Source: Candidatus Enterousia sp.
GTDB taxonomy: Bacteria > Pseudomonadota > Alphaproteobacteria > Rs-D84
NCBI GenBank assembly: GCA_045635585.1
Contig: JAZTWA010000001.1
Location: 28-64,027, forward strand
Reading direction: 5' to 3'
Length of the DNA: 64,000 bases
The notes under the pieces are model-generated. The model did no database searches and was not told the DNA's origin. It saw only the letters and a program-made list of their open reading frames with translations. Shown here piece after piece: positions 45,968 to 55,100 of this stretch (within the stretch, counting starts at the first letter, position 1; the number at the start of each line of letters is the position of its first letter). The position numbers and the translations under genes are program-made.

Positions 45968-47491
45968 TTACTGCATTCTGACGACACTGCAACTGGTACC
46001 ACTGAATTTTAATAATTTATCACACAGTGTTTGTGCAGTTTCGATATTTGCCAATGGTCCAATGCGCAAACGATATTGACGTGCTGCGGATGATGTAGAA
46101 CCCAAATCGCCAACACCTTGTTCGTCAACCGCAAAGAATACCATGTTTTTATATGGTGTTAACAGACCTTGTCCTTCTTCACCACTAAATTTCGCCAACA
46201 GATTCGCCCAATAATCGTCCAATGCCTTGACAGACGTATCTGATGCTAATTCAACAGCAACCCCTGATTGATTACTGGATATCAATGGGATATTTGTTTG
46301 TGGTAAATATGCGCCTGCGGTATTTCTTTGTGCGGGCAACATGTTTACAACACTACCTGAACCAGACGTTGGCATTGTTTGTGGTACTGTGAAACCGGCC
46401 GGCATATAATAACCTGCGCCTGTCGATTGGTTAACATTGCCCGATACGCCTGAATAAATTGGTGTTCCTGTGTATGGCATGCCCATGCTCATTGCGGCCA
46501 TGCTATCTGTGTATGCAATATTGCTAAGTGATTGACCTGACAGCATGCTTTGTGCAACATTTGCTTCGGCCAATGCCATCACAGATGCAGTATCTGCAAT
46601 CAAGAATGGTTTTTCACGTTTTTTGATGCATACAATTCTTTGACCACTACGCAGAACCATGTCGCCCACCGCTTCAACAATTAATAATCTGCCGTCTTCA
46701 CCATCTGTTCTGAATCCAACCGGTGATTCCCCACCTTCGACCAACAATGATACAACAGGACGTTGGGTCATTGCGATAACCTTGTCGCCAAAGTCAATAT
46801 ATGTAAATATTCTGTCGCGCCATACGCGTTCTGGGGCGATTACATAGTCGTCTGGATTTGGAACAAAAATATCCAAGTCAAATCTGAATTCTGATGGATC
46901 AATTTTCATTGATTTAATCCATCCGTAATCTTCGCCGTCAACACCAACCGTATTGGACTTTGTGGCCGCTTTTTTAAAGATTGAACCCGCGGCGCCAGTT
47001 GACTTTGCGGTGGCTACATTTGGTAATGCAGCGTTCCCATCCAGTGTTATATCCACCTGTGAATATGTGATTTCACTGGAATTTGATGGTTCTGCGCGCA
47101 GATAAAATATGTATTTGTTGCCCGATGCGCCCGTAACAATCATATTGGTATCAGAACCTTGGTTCGAAGTTTGTGGGGACAAGAACATTGTTCTGTCACC
47201 TTGGGTTGCATCAATATCGAATTGAGCTTGGTCGCCGACGACGATATCTGCAATTTGTTCGCCGTTTGGTAACGTCAACATCGTAACCATACCATTACGT
47301 AACTTGATTGGTAAAACAGAACCCGACGACCATGCCAACTGGGCATATCCTGGTTTAAGGCTGCCGGCGGCCATGTTCGCGGTTGGATTATCCCATGCTT
47401 CTTGAATGCCAACTGCATATGCTGGCAATGCCAAAATGCTGGTCAAACATAATGTAATAAAATTAAATCTGAATGCTTTTACAAAACTCAT
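45968..47491 (-). CDS. virB9: VirB9/TrbG/CagX-like T4SS core protein with a SPOR-like C-terminal domain (507 aa)
   Basis: Signal peptide. N-domain LPNGEQIADIVVGD...TNMIVTGASGNKYIFYLRA. C-domain PERVWRDRIFTYIDFGDK...LLIVEAVGDMVLRSGQRIVCIKK. Tail QYRLRIGPLANIETAQTLCDKLLKFSGTSCSVV resembles SPOR. Confidence 0.8.
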   Translation of the reverse strand: MSFVKAFRFNFITLCLTSILALPAYAVGIQEAWDNPTANMAAGSLKPGYAQLAWSSGSVLPIKLRNGMVTMLTLPNGEQIADIVVGDQAQFDIDATQGDRTMFLSPQTSNQGSDTNMIVTGASGNKYIFYLRAEPSNSSEITYSQVDITLDGNAALPNVATAKSTGAAGSIFKKAATKSNTVGVDGEDYGWIKSMKIDPSEFRFDLDIFVPNPDDYVIAPERVWRDRIFTYIDFGDKVIAMTQRPVVSLLVEGGESPVGFRTDGEDGRLLIVEAVGDMVLRSGQRIVCIKKREKPFLIADTASVMALAEANVAQSMLSGQSLSNIAYTDSMAAMSMGMPYTGTPIYSGVSGNVNQSTGAGYYMPAGFTVPQTMPTSGSGSVVNMLPAQRNTAGAYLPQTNIPLISSNQSGVAVELASDTSVKALDDYWANLLAKFSGEEGQGLLTPYKNMVFFAVDEQGVGDLGSTSSAARQYRLRIGPLANIETAQTLCDKLLKFSGTSCSVVRMQ

Positions 47492-47524
47492 ATCTATCCT
47501 TCCATTCTTTTTGCGTTCTTATAT

Positions 47525-48205
47525 TTATGGCAAGAAACCTGTATCCAATGGGTCGCCGTTATCAGACAAGATTTCGTATCCTGTTACGTGCAACCCCAAC
47601 GGGTTGTCAATGCGATCGGCCCATTTTACGCGAACGTCATCGTTTTGCCCCAATTTTATTTTTATTGTATAATCTTTTGGGCTGGTTGGTCCAGTGTTAT
47701 CTTCACAAAAATAGCGAATTTTTACCTGATATACATCTTGTTGTCTTGATTCAGATACCAATTTCATTGGTTGCTTGTCCAAGAATCCGACGTTGCATCT
47801 GAAATCAAAGTTTGGCATACCACTCATCATCGCGTTAAACATTTGTGTGTCTGCAAATTGTGCATACACGTCATTTGTTGACCAGTTTTTTACGATTCCG
47901 CTTTCTGTGCCCCATTTTTTCTGCATAACCTTTGCGTTTGTCAGAACTTCATTACGTGCACGAACATATTCGCGAATAAAGGCCCCTTTGTAAATGTCCA
48001 GATTTTCGTCTTGGGGCGGCATTTCGACCAGTTTTATGTCTTGGTTGTCGCGTACTTCGGTCGTCAAGAAAAAAACCTGGGGTCTGTTCAACGGAAACAT
48101 ATTTGTTATTGTTAATACCAATACGCCCAAAACAACAACCGCACTTGCTAACACAAATGTCATCAGTCTGGATATTAAAATTGGCGGTTCTACGCGGTTT
48201 TGCAC
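47525..48205 (-). CDS. virB8: VirB8/TrbF-like bitopic T4SS protein (226 aa, GTG start)
   Basis: GTG at 48203..48205, preceded by AAGGAGAGG. One TM helix. FIREYVRARNE, and the conserved NPxG motif in RIDNPLGLHVTGYEI. The longer track ORF would overlap tRNA-Trp. Confidence 0.8.
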   Translation of the reverse strand: MQNRVEPPILISRLMTFVLASAVVVLGVLVLTITNMFPLNRPQVFFLTTEVRDNQDIKLVEMPPQDENLDIYKGAFIREYVRARNEVLTNAKVMQKKWGTESGIVKNWSTNDVYAQFADTQMFNAMMSGMPNFDFRCNVGFLDKQPMKLVSESRQQDVYQVKIRYFCEDNTGPTSPKDYTIKIKLGQNDDVRVKWADRIDNPLGLHVTGYEILSDNGDPLDTGFLP

Positions 48206-48230
48206 GAATTCCTCTCCTTGTGTTAAAGTG

Positions 48231-48260
48231 ATTGTAGAAAAAAACACACCACCTGCGCAA
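48231..48260 (-). promoter_or_regulatory. Candidate promoter of the virB8-9-10-like operon
   Basis: On the minus strand: TTGCGC, 18 nt, TACAAT, just upstream of the RBS. Confidence 0.3.
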
Positions 48261-48422
48261 GAAAAAATTTGCAAAATCAAAATCCTAAATATAAAAAGGT
48301 GTTTTAAAATGTTCTTGCGCAAAGAAATGAAAAATATTATAATATTTCCGCTTGCTTTTTTGTATTGGTGTGCTATCCTTTCGCAGACTATGTGGTGGTA
48401 TATCATATATGCAACAGGCAAC

Positions 48423-48496
48423 AGGGGCATAGTTCAACGGTAGAATATCGGTCTCCAAAACCGCGGATGAGGGTTCGATTCCTTCTGCCCCTGCCA
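48423..48496 (+). tRNA. tRNA-Trp (anticodon CCA)
   Basis: AGGGGCATAGTTCAACGGTAGAATATCGGTCTCCAAAACCGCGGATGAGGGTTCGATTCCTTCTGCCCCTGCCA is close to E. coli tRNA-Trp. Canonical position upstream of secE-nusG. Confidence 0.92.
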
Positions 48497-48574
48497 GATT
48501 TTGAAAGTCGCGCGTTTGTTGTGTTTTATGGCGATTGCATGGTTTGGTTAATTACGTAATTATTGGGCAAAAAA

Positions 48575-48754
48575 ATGAAAAAAGTGCTGGATTTTTTTAA
48601 GTCAGTTCGCAGTGAGTGGTTCAAGGTTGTTTGGCCTTCACGTGATAGTGTTATTCGTGCAACAATCATGATTTTGGTGTTTTCTGGGCTTGCGGCACTG
48701 TTCTTTTTTGTTGTGGATAGTATTTTAAACGCGATTGTTGGTTGGATTTTCTAA
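48575..48754 (+). CDS. secE: Preprotein translocase subunit SecE
   Basis: FFKSVRSEWFKVVWPSRDSVIRATIMILVF single-TM SecE pattern. Synteny tRNA-Trp-secE-nusG. Confidence 0.9.
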   Translation: MKKVLDFFKSVRSEWFKVVWPSRDSVIRATIMILVFSGLAALFFFVVDSILNAIVGWIF

Positions 48755-48777
48755 AATAGACAATAGGGGAAAGTGTC

Positions 48778-49311
48778 ATGGAAGAAAAAATGCAGTGGTT
48801 TGTTGTAAATGTTCATACCAGTTGTGAAGACAAGGTTGCGCGTGGTTTGCGTGAACAAATTGATAAGCGCAGATTGAATGCTTTGTTTGGTGAAATCTTG
48901 GTTCCAACACGCGAAGTTACAGAGATCAAAGCGGGAAAACGTGTTAAGACTGAAAAGAAGTTTTTTCCTGGATATATTGTTGTTCAAATGGTTTTGAATA
49001 ATGAAACGTTTACATTGGTTAAACAAATTCCCCAGGTTGTAATGTTCTTGGGTGCAAAGAATAAACCAATCGCGGTCAGCGAAGAAGAAGCGCGTCGTCT
49101 GATGAAACAGGTTGAAGAAGGTTCTGTTGTTGCAGATGATGTTGAATACGAAGTTGGACAAGAAGTTCATGTTATCGATGGTCCATTTGCTGGCTTTAAT
49201 GGCGTTGTATCCGAAGTTGACAATGTAAAACAAAAGATGGTTGTTACGATTTTGGTATTTGGTCGTGAAACATCTGTTGCGTTGGAATTTGAACAGGTTG
49301 AAAGGGTATAA
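48778..49311 (+). CDS. nusG: Transcription termination/antitermination factor NusG
   Basis: WFVVNVHTSCEDKV NGN domain and C-terminal KOW domain (VHVIDGPFAGFNGVVSEVD). Confidence 0.95.
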   Translation: MEEKMQWFVVNVHTSCEDKVARGLREQIDKRRLNALFGEILVPTREVTEIKAGKRVKTEKKFFPGYIVVQMVLNNETFTLVKQIPQVVMFLGAKNKPIAVSEEEARRLMKQVEEGSVVADDVEYEVGQEVHVIDGPFAGFNGVVSEVDNVKQKMVVTILVFGRETSVALEFEQVERV

Positions 49312-49312
49312 T

Positions 49313-49444
49313 ATGCAAAAGTTGCTGTCGTTTTCTGATAGTCTTGCAAAAGAAAAAGTAGAGATACCAGAAAAATATCGTGCGTATTTGGAAGAATGCT
49401 GGGATGAGGCAAGAAAAAACAAATACGTGCTTGGCAAGAGCTAG
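49313..49444 (+). CDS. Possible small ORF (43 aa) coupled to the nusG stop
   Basis: ATG lies 1 nt after the nusG stop codon: MQKLLSFSDSLAKEKVEIPEKYRAYLEECWDEARKNKYVLGKS. No motif. Confidence 0.25.
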   Translation: MQKLLSFSDSLAKEKVEIPEKYRAYLEECWDEARKNKYVLGKS

Positions 49445-49456
49445 GGGGTAAGCAGA

Positions 49457-49639
49457 TTGTGTATTAAATTGGGTGGTCGTGCCAAGGATGGATTGCGACT
49501 GGTAAGAACAGAAGACGGTAAAATAAAAGTTGAATGTTCTGAGTATTATGTAACAAGTTTATATGCAAGGTATTGTCTTGTAAAAAAGTATAGAGAGATT
49601 ATACATAAGTCTGTGTTAGAACAGATGAAACGAAAATAA
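49457..49639 (+). CDS. Possible small ORF (60 aa, TTG start)
   Basis: Preceded by GGGGGTAAG. Basic protein. No motif. Confidence 0.25.
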   Translation: MCIKLGGRAKDGLRLVRTEDGKIKVECSEYYVTSLYARYCLVKKYREIIHKSVLEQMKRK

Positions 49640-49756
49640 AAAAGTTTTTTGTGGTTTTTTGAAAAAGTTTCTATAAAATCACATCGGTCCGAATGGGCAA
49701 AACGTGGTAGATGTGCCACATCGCACCACGACACACAGAAAAAAATGGAGTGAAAA

Positions 49757-50188
49757 ATGGCAAAAAAAGAAGTAAAGGGAATGGTCAAATTGGTCGTTCC
49801 TGCAAAACAGGCGAATCCTGCACCACCAATTGGTCCTGCATTGGGTGCTAATGGTGTAAATATTGCAGAATTCTGTAAACAGTTTAATGACAGAACAGCT
49901 GATAAAGAACCGGGAATGCCAATTCCATGTATTATCACTGTTTATACAGATCGCAGTTTCGAATTCATTATGAAATTGCCACCTGTGTCATATTACATTA
50001 AAAAAGCATTGAAATTAAAAATTGGTTCCCACAAACCGGGTCGTGATTTTGTTGGTACATTGTCTCAGGCACAATTGAAAGAAATTGCCGAAGCAAAAAT
50101 GCCAGACTTGAATTGCTCTTCCATTGAATCTGCAATGAATATTGTTGCGGGTCAGTGCCGTTCTATGGGTGTAAAGGTGGAGGAATAA
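49757..50188 (+). CDS. rplK: 50S ribosomal protein L11
   Basis: [29 protein letters not shown]. Confidence 0.97.
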   Translation: MAKKEVKGMVKLVVPAKQANPAPPIGPALGANGVNIAEFCKQFNDRTADKEPGMPIPCIITVYTDRSFEFIMKLPPVSYYIKKALKLKIGSHKPGRDFVGTLSQAQLKEIAEAKMPDLNCSSIESAMNIVAGQCRSMGVKVEE

Positions 50189-50192
50189 TATC

Positions 50193-50867
50193 ATGAAACT
50201 GACAAAAAAACAGCAAACATGGAAAAACTTGGATATGGACAAAGTGTATTCTTTGGCTGATGCGATTGAAGCATTACGTGAATATACATCCAAGAAATTT
50301 GATGAAACATTGGAAATTGCAATCCGTTTGGGTATCGACGTAACCAAGGCTGACCAAAACATTCGTGGTATGTTATCTTTGCCAAATGGCACTGGTAAAT
50401 CTGTTCGCGTTGCTGTATTTACTGCAAACGCCCAGGACGAAGCGAAAAAAGCGGGTGCAGACGTTGTTGGTGGCGAAGAATTGATTGATTCTGTTGCTGC
50501 GGGTAATATCAACTTTGATCGCGTAATTGCGACACCAGATATGATGCCAAAAATGTCAAAAATTGCACGCGTTTTGGGTCCAAAAGGTTTGATGCCGAAT
50601 CCAAAATTGGGTACTGTAACAAACAATGTTGCTGATGCCGTTGCAACTGCCAAGGCTGGCCAGATTGAATATCGTGCGGAAAAGAAAGGTATTATCCACG
50701 CAGGTATTGGTAAAATGTCATTTGAAACCGCAAAATTGGTTGAAAATGCGAATGCCTTGATTGATCAGTTGAAAAAGGTAAAGCCAGCAGCTGCCAAAGG
50801 TCAATATATATTGGGTATTTCTGTTGCAACAACACAGGGCCCAGGTCTTAAGGTAGATGCAAAATAA
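50193..50867 (+). CDS. rplA: 50S ribosomal protein L1
   Basis: FDETLEIAIRLGIDVTKADQNIRG...LGPKGLMPNPK. Confidence 0.97.
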   Translation: MKLTKKQQTWKNLDMDKVYSLADAIEALREYTSKKFDETLEIAIRLGIDVTKADQNIRGMLSLPNGTGKSVRVAVFTANAQDEAKKAGADVVGGEELIDSVAAGNINFDRVIATPDMMPKMSKIARVLGPKGLMPNPKLGTVTNNVADAVATAKAGQIEYRAEKKGIIHAGIGKMSFETAKLVENANALIDQLKKVKPAAAKGQYILGISVATTQGPGLKVDAK

Positions 50868-51064
50868 TTTCTGGGGACGGTTGCGTGGAAAATCGCAATC
50901 GTCCCCGATTAAAGATTTCTGTCCAAGACTGATGGTGTGGCGCAATCGCTGCTTAATTTCCATCATAGACAAAGAACAAATTCTTTGGGGCAGGAACCAA
51001 AGCCCCACCCAAGGGTAACCTTGGATGGAAAGTTAAACAAAACAGAAGCTTGAAGGAAAAATAG

Positions 51065-51544
51065 ATGAGACGCGAAGAAAAATCAGATTTGATTTCAGCG
51101 TTGCAGTCGTCCCTGAAAGAAGCAAACGGTGTTTTCGTTATTGAAAACCATGGTTTGACTGTAAAAGAATTTGAGGCCTTGCGTAATGAATTGCGCCCAA
51201 TGGTTTCTTTGTTCAAAGTTGTCAAAAACCGTTTGATGAAGTTGGCGTTAAAAGACACCGACTTTGAACCTGTATCTGAAATGATGAAACGTCCAACTGC
51301 GGTTGCTGTTGCAACTGATGGTTTGGCGGTAACCAAGGTATTGGCCAAATTTGCCGAAGAACATCCAAATTTGACAATCGTTGGCGGTAAAATGGATGCA
51401 GACGTTCTGGATCAGGCCGGCATTGTGCAATTATCCAAGCTTCCTTCCCTGTTGGAAATCCGTGCGACAATTGCACGCATATTGGTCGAACCTGGTTCGC
51501 GCATTGCACGTGTTTCAGCAGAGTATGGAAAAAAAGAACAATAA
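51065..51544 (+). CDS. rplJ: 50S ribosomal protein L10
   Basis: Position between rplA and rplL. The GLTVKEFEALRNELR pattern is typical of L10. Confidence 0.9.
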   Translation: MRREEKSDLISALQSSLKEANGVFVIENHGLTVKEFEALRNELRPMVSLFKVVKNRLMKLALKDTDFEPVSEMMKRPTAVAVATDGLAVTKVLAKFAEEHPNLTIVGGKMDADVLDQAGIVQLSKLPSLLEIRATIARILVEPGSRIARVSAEYGKKEQ

Positions 51545-51588
51545 GTATTGCATACGCAATATTATAAACACCGTATAGGAGTAATAAA

Positions 51589-51957
51589 ATGGCAGACATT
51601 CAAAAATTAGTTGAAGAATTGTCAAAATTGACTGTTTTGGAAGCAGTTGAACTGTCCAAAGCATTGGAAGAAACATGGGGCGTTAGCGCGGCTGCAGCTG
51701 TTGCAGTTGCTGCTGGTCCTGCTGCTGCATCTGCTGCAGAAGAAAAGACAGAATTTGATGTTGTCTTGGTCGAAGCAGGCGCAGGTAAATTGGCTGTTAT
51801 CAAGGCTGTAAAAGAAGCAACTGGTTTAGGTTTGAGCGAAGCAAAAGCTTTGGTTGAATCTGCACCAAAGGCTGTTAAAGAAGCATTGTCAAAAGACGAA
51901 GCTGAAAAATTGAAAGCCACATTAGAAGCAGCTGGTGCCAAAGTTGAATTGAAATAA
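51589..51957 (+). CDS. rplL: 50S ribosomal protein L7/L12
   Basis: Ala-rich hinge, then [24 protein letters not shown]...[19 protein letters not shown]. Confidence 0.97.
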   Translation: MADIQKLVEELSKLTVLEAVELSKALEETWGVSAAAAVAVAAGPAAASAAEEKTEFDVVLVEAGAGKLAVIKAVKEATGLGLSEAKALVESAPKAVKEALSKDEAEKLKATLEAAGAKVELK

Positions 51958-52019
51958 TTCATCGATTGGAACCGTCTGGTTCTGAAAAAATAAGTCATAT
52001 TAAATATGACAAAAACGCC

Positions 52020-52047
52020 GCCCGCGTGGGAAAATTCCCATGCGGGC
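52020..52047 (+). promoter_or_regulatory. Strong hairpin in the rplL-rpoB intergenic region (attenuator-like)
   Basis: GCCCGCGTGGGAA..TTCCCATGCGGGC, ~12-13 bp stem, no T-run. The position is analogous to the known rplL-rpoB attenuator of enterobacteria. Confidence 0.4.
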
Positions 52048-52136
52048 ACAAAGGCGTAAAAAGATATAAAGAATAAAAACGGTATATCAATATCGTTTGT
52101 TTGCACAAAAACGCACAGAAAAAAGGATTAAAACCG

Positions 52137-55100
52137 ATGGCAGTTATCCAGAAAATTAGAAAATCTTTTGGTAAAAGTTTTTTGCAAACTCCGCTTCCTG
52201 ATTTAGTTGAAATTCAATATAATTCCTACAAAGATTTCTTGCAGGCAGATGTTGAACCACAATCCCGCAAAAACAAGGGATTGCAAAATGTATTCTCTTC
52301 TATGTTCCCAATCAAAGACTATGCCGGCATTGCCGACCTGGAATTTGTGGAATATACATTGGACAAACCTGTGTACAATGTAAAAGAATGCATGTTGCGT
52401 AACATGACATACTCCAGCAAGTTGAAACTGAAGCTGAGATTGATTTTATGGGATGTCGCCGAAGATGGCAAAAAAACTTTGCGCGATATCAAGGAACAAG
52501 AAATATTTATGGGCGAAGTACCATTGATGACAGAACGTGGTAGCTTTATCGCATCAGGTGTTGAACGTGTTATTGTTTCACAGATGCATCGTGCCCAAGG
52601 CGTTGTGTTTGCAACAACCAAAGAATCCAAGATTGCGGGAAATCCGGTTACATATACTGCGCGTATTATCCCAGAACATGGTTCATGGATTGATTTTGAA
52701 GAATCCAAGGGTGTTATCTATGTTCGTATCGACCGTCGCCGCAAGGTGCCTGCAACTGTATTGTTGCGTTGCTTGCCATCCTGCGAAGATGAAAAGAAAT
52801 GGTTGGCGGAACCACGCAAACCATCTATTCGTGGTATGTCAGATACAGAAATCTTGTCCGCGTTTTATAAACGTATCCCATTGTCATTTGATGGCAAATT
52901 GTGGGTTGGTGACACAGAAAGTTTTGAAGGCTTGGATAAATATCGTCTGAATTATGATTTGATTAATCCAAAAGATAAAAAAGTTATTGCATCCAAAGGC
53001 GATCGTTTGAATGCCAAACGTATGAAAAAATTGTTGGATGCGTCCAAGAAATTCGGAATAATGCCTGAAACATTGGTTGGCGAATATCTGTTCGATCCTG
53101 TTATGTCTGGCGACGAAGTTGTATTCCCAGCGGGTACAGAAATCACCGAAGATGTTTTGAATGATTTGGATAAAATGAATGTCAAAGAAATCAGCTTGAT
53201 TTCCATTGACAATGCTACAATTTCTGCGCATATGCGTAATACATTGTTGGCTGACAAGACAACAAATCGCGAAGAAGCATTAATCGAAGTTTATAACATC
53301 ATCCGCCCAGGCGAACGCCCAACACTAGAAGCGGCAATTAATCTGTTTATGCGCCAAGGTTTTGAACCAGCATATTATGATTTGTCTGCGGTTGGTCGTT
53401 TCAAGATGAATAAACGTTTGAAAATTGATTCTGGCAAAAAACCAGAAGATGAACGTTTGTTAACAAAAGCCGACTTTTTGGCGGTCTTGAAAACATTAAC
53501 AAATATTATTGACCGCAAAGATACTGTTGATGATATTGACAATCTGTCAAATCGTCGTGTTCGTACGGTTGGTGAATTGTTGGAACAAAATTTCCGCACA
53601 GGGATGGTTCGTATTGAACGTCTGGTTCGTGAAAGCTTGTCCAGTCCAAATATTGCGAATATGCAACCACAAGATGTAATTAATGTAAAACCATTAATGT
53701 CATTGGTATCTGAATTCTTGGGAACATCACAATTGTCCCAGTTTATGGATGCATATAATCCATTGTCAGAATTGGAACACAAACGTTTGATTTCTGCATT
53801 GGGACCTGGTGGATTAAATCGTGAACGTGCTGGTATTGATGTACGTGACGTTCATCCAACACATTATGGTCGTCTGTGTCCAATTCATACACCTGAAGGT
53901 GCAAATATTGGTTTGATTAACCACTTGTCATCATATGCGCGTGTAAATCCATATGGTTTTATTGAAACACCATACTATGTTGTTGAAAATGGCCGCATTA
54001 CAGACAAAATGGTATATTTGACTGCTGACGAAGAATTGGGTCATAAAATTGCCCAGGGTAACACCCCAACAACCAAAGATGGTATTTTATCAGAAGATAC
54101 CGTAACTGCGCGTGTTGACGGTGAATTTACTATGGTTGCCAAAGAAGAAATTGACTTAATCGACGTTGAACCACGTCAGGTGGTATCTATTGCAACAGGT
54201 TTGATTCCATTCGTTGAAAACGACGACGCGAACCGTGCATTGATGGGTTCAAACATGCAACGTCAGGGTGTTCCATTATTGCGTGTTCAGGCGCCATTGG
54301 TCGGAACGGGTATTGAACGCGAAGTTGCGCGTGATTCCCGTACGGGTAAGGTTGCAAAACACAGTGGTATTGTTGAATCTGTTGATGCAAATCGTATTGT
54401 TGTAAAATGTATGAACAGTCGCAACGTTGTAACGGGTGTTGATATTTATAACTTGGAAAAATTTGAACGTTCCAACAGTGAAACGATTATCCACCAAAAA
54501 CCATTGGTCAAGGTTGGCGATCGTATTTCTGCGGGTGACATTATCGCGGACGGTTCTTCTATGAACTATGGCGAATTGGCATTGGGTCGCAACGTATTGG
54601 TTGCATTTATGCCATGGCGCGGTTACAACTATGAAGACTCTATCGTTATATCTGAAAAGATATCACGCGATGACGTATTCACATCTGTAAAAATTGTTGA
54701 AAAAGAATTCAAGGTACGTGATACCCAGTTGGGACCAGAAGCTTTGACACGCGATATTCCAAATGTTGGTGAAGAAGCATTAAAGAATCTGGACGAATCT
54801 GGTATTATCTATGTTGGTGCACGCGTAAAACAGGGCGATATTTTGATTGGTCGTGTATCACCAAAATCCGAAACATTGCTGACCCCAGAAGAAGCATTGT
54901 TGCGTAATATCTTTGGTGAAAAAGCATTGAACGTCAAAGACACATCATTGCGTGTTGGGCCAAATGAAGAAGGTACGGTTATCGGTGTAAACGTCTTGAC
55001 ACGTCATGGTGTTAAAAAAGACGAACGCACCCAGATGATTGAATTGCAAAAGATTGAAAAAATTAACAAAGACCGCGAAGAAGAAATTGCAATTATCGAA

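Noticed and set aside
48206-48430. N-terminal 75-aa extension of the VirB8-like ORF
   Set aside because: The extension would overlap tRNA-Trp on the opposite strand and has no RBS. A GTG with an AAGGAGAGG RBS at 48205 gives a typical ~226-aa VirB8.
48751-49437. 228-aa minus-strand ORF
   Set aside because: It is antisense to nusG. It has an Asn/Phe-rich nonsense-like composition.
50015-50653. 212-aa minus-strand ORF
   Set aside because: It is antisense to rplK/rplA. It is a shadow ORF.
51600-52106. 168-aa minus-strand Ala/Ser-rich ORF
   Set aside because: It is antisense to the Ala-rich rplL gene. It is a typical mirror ORF.
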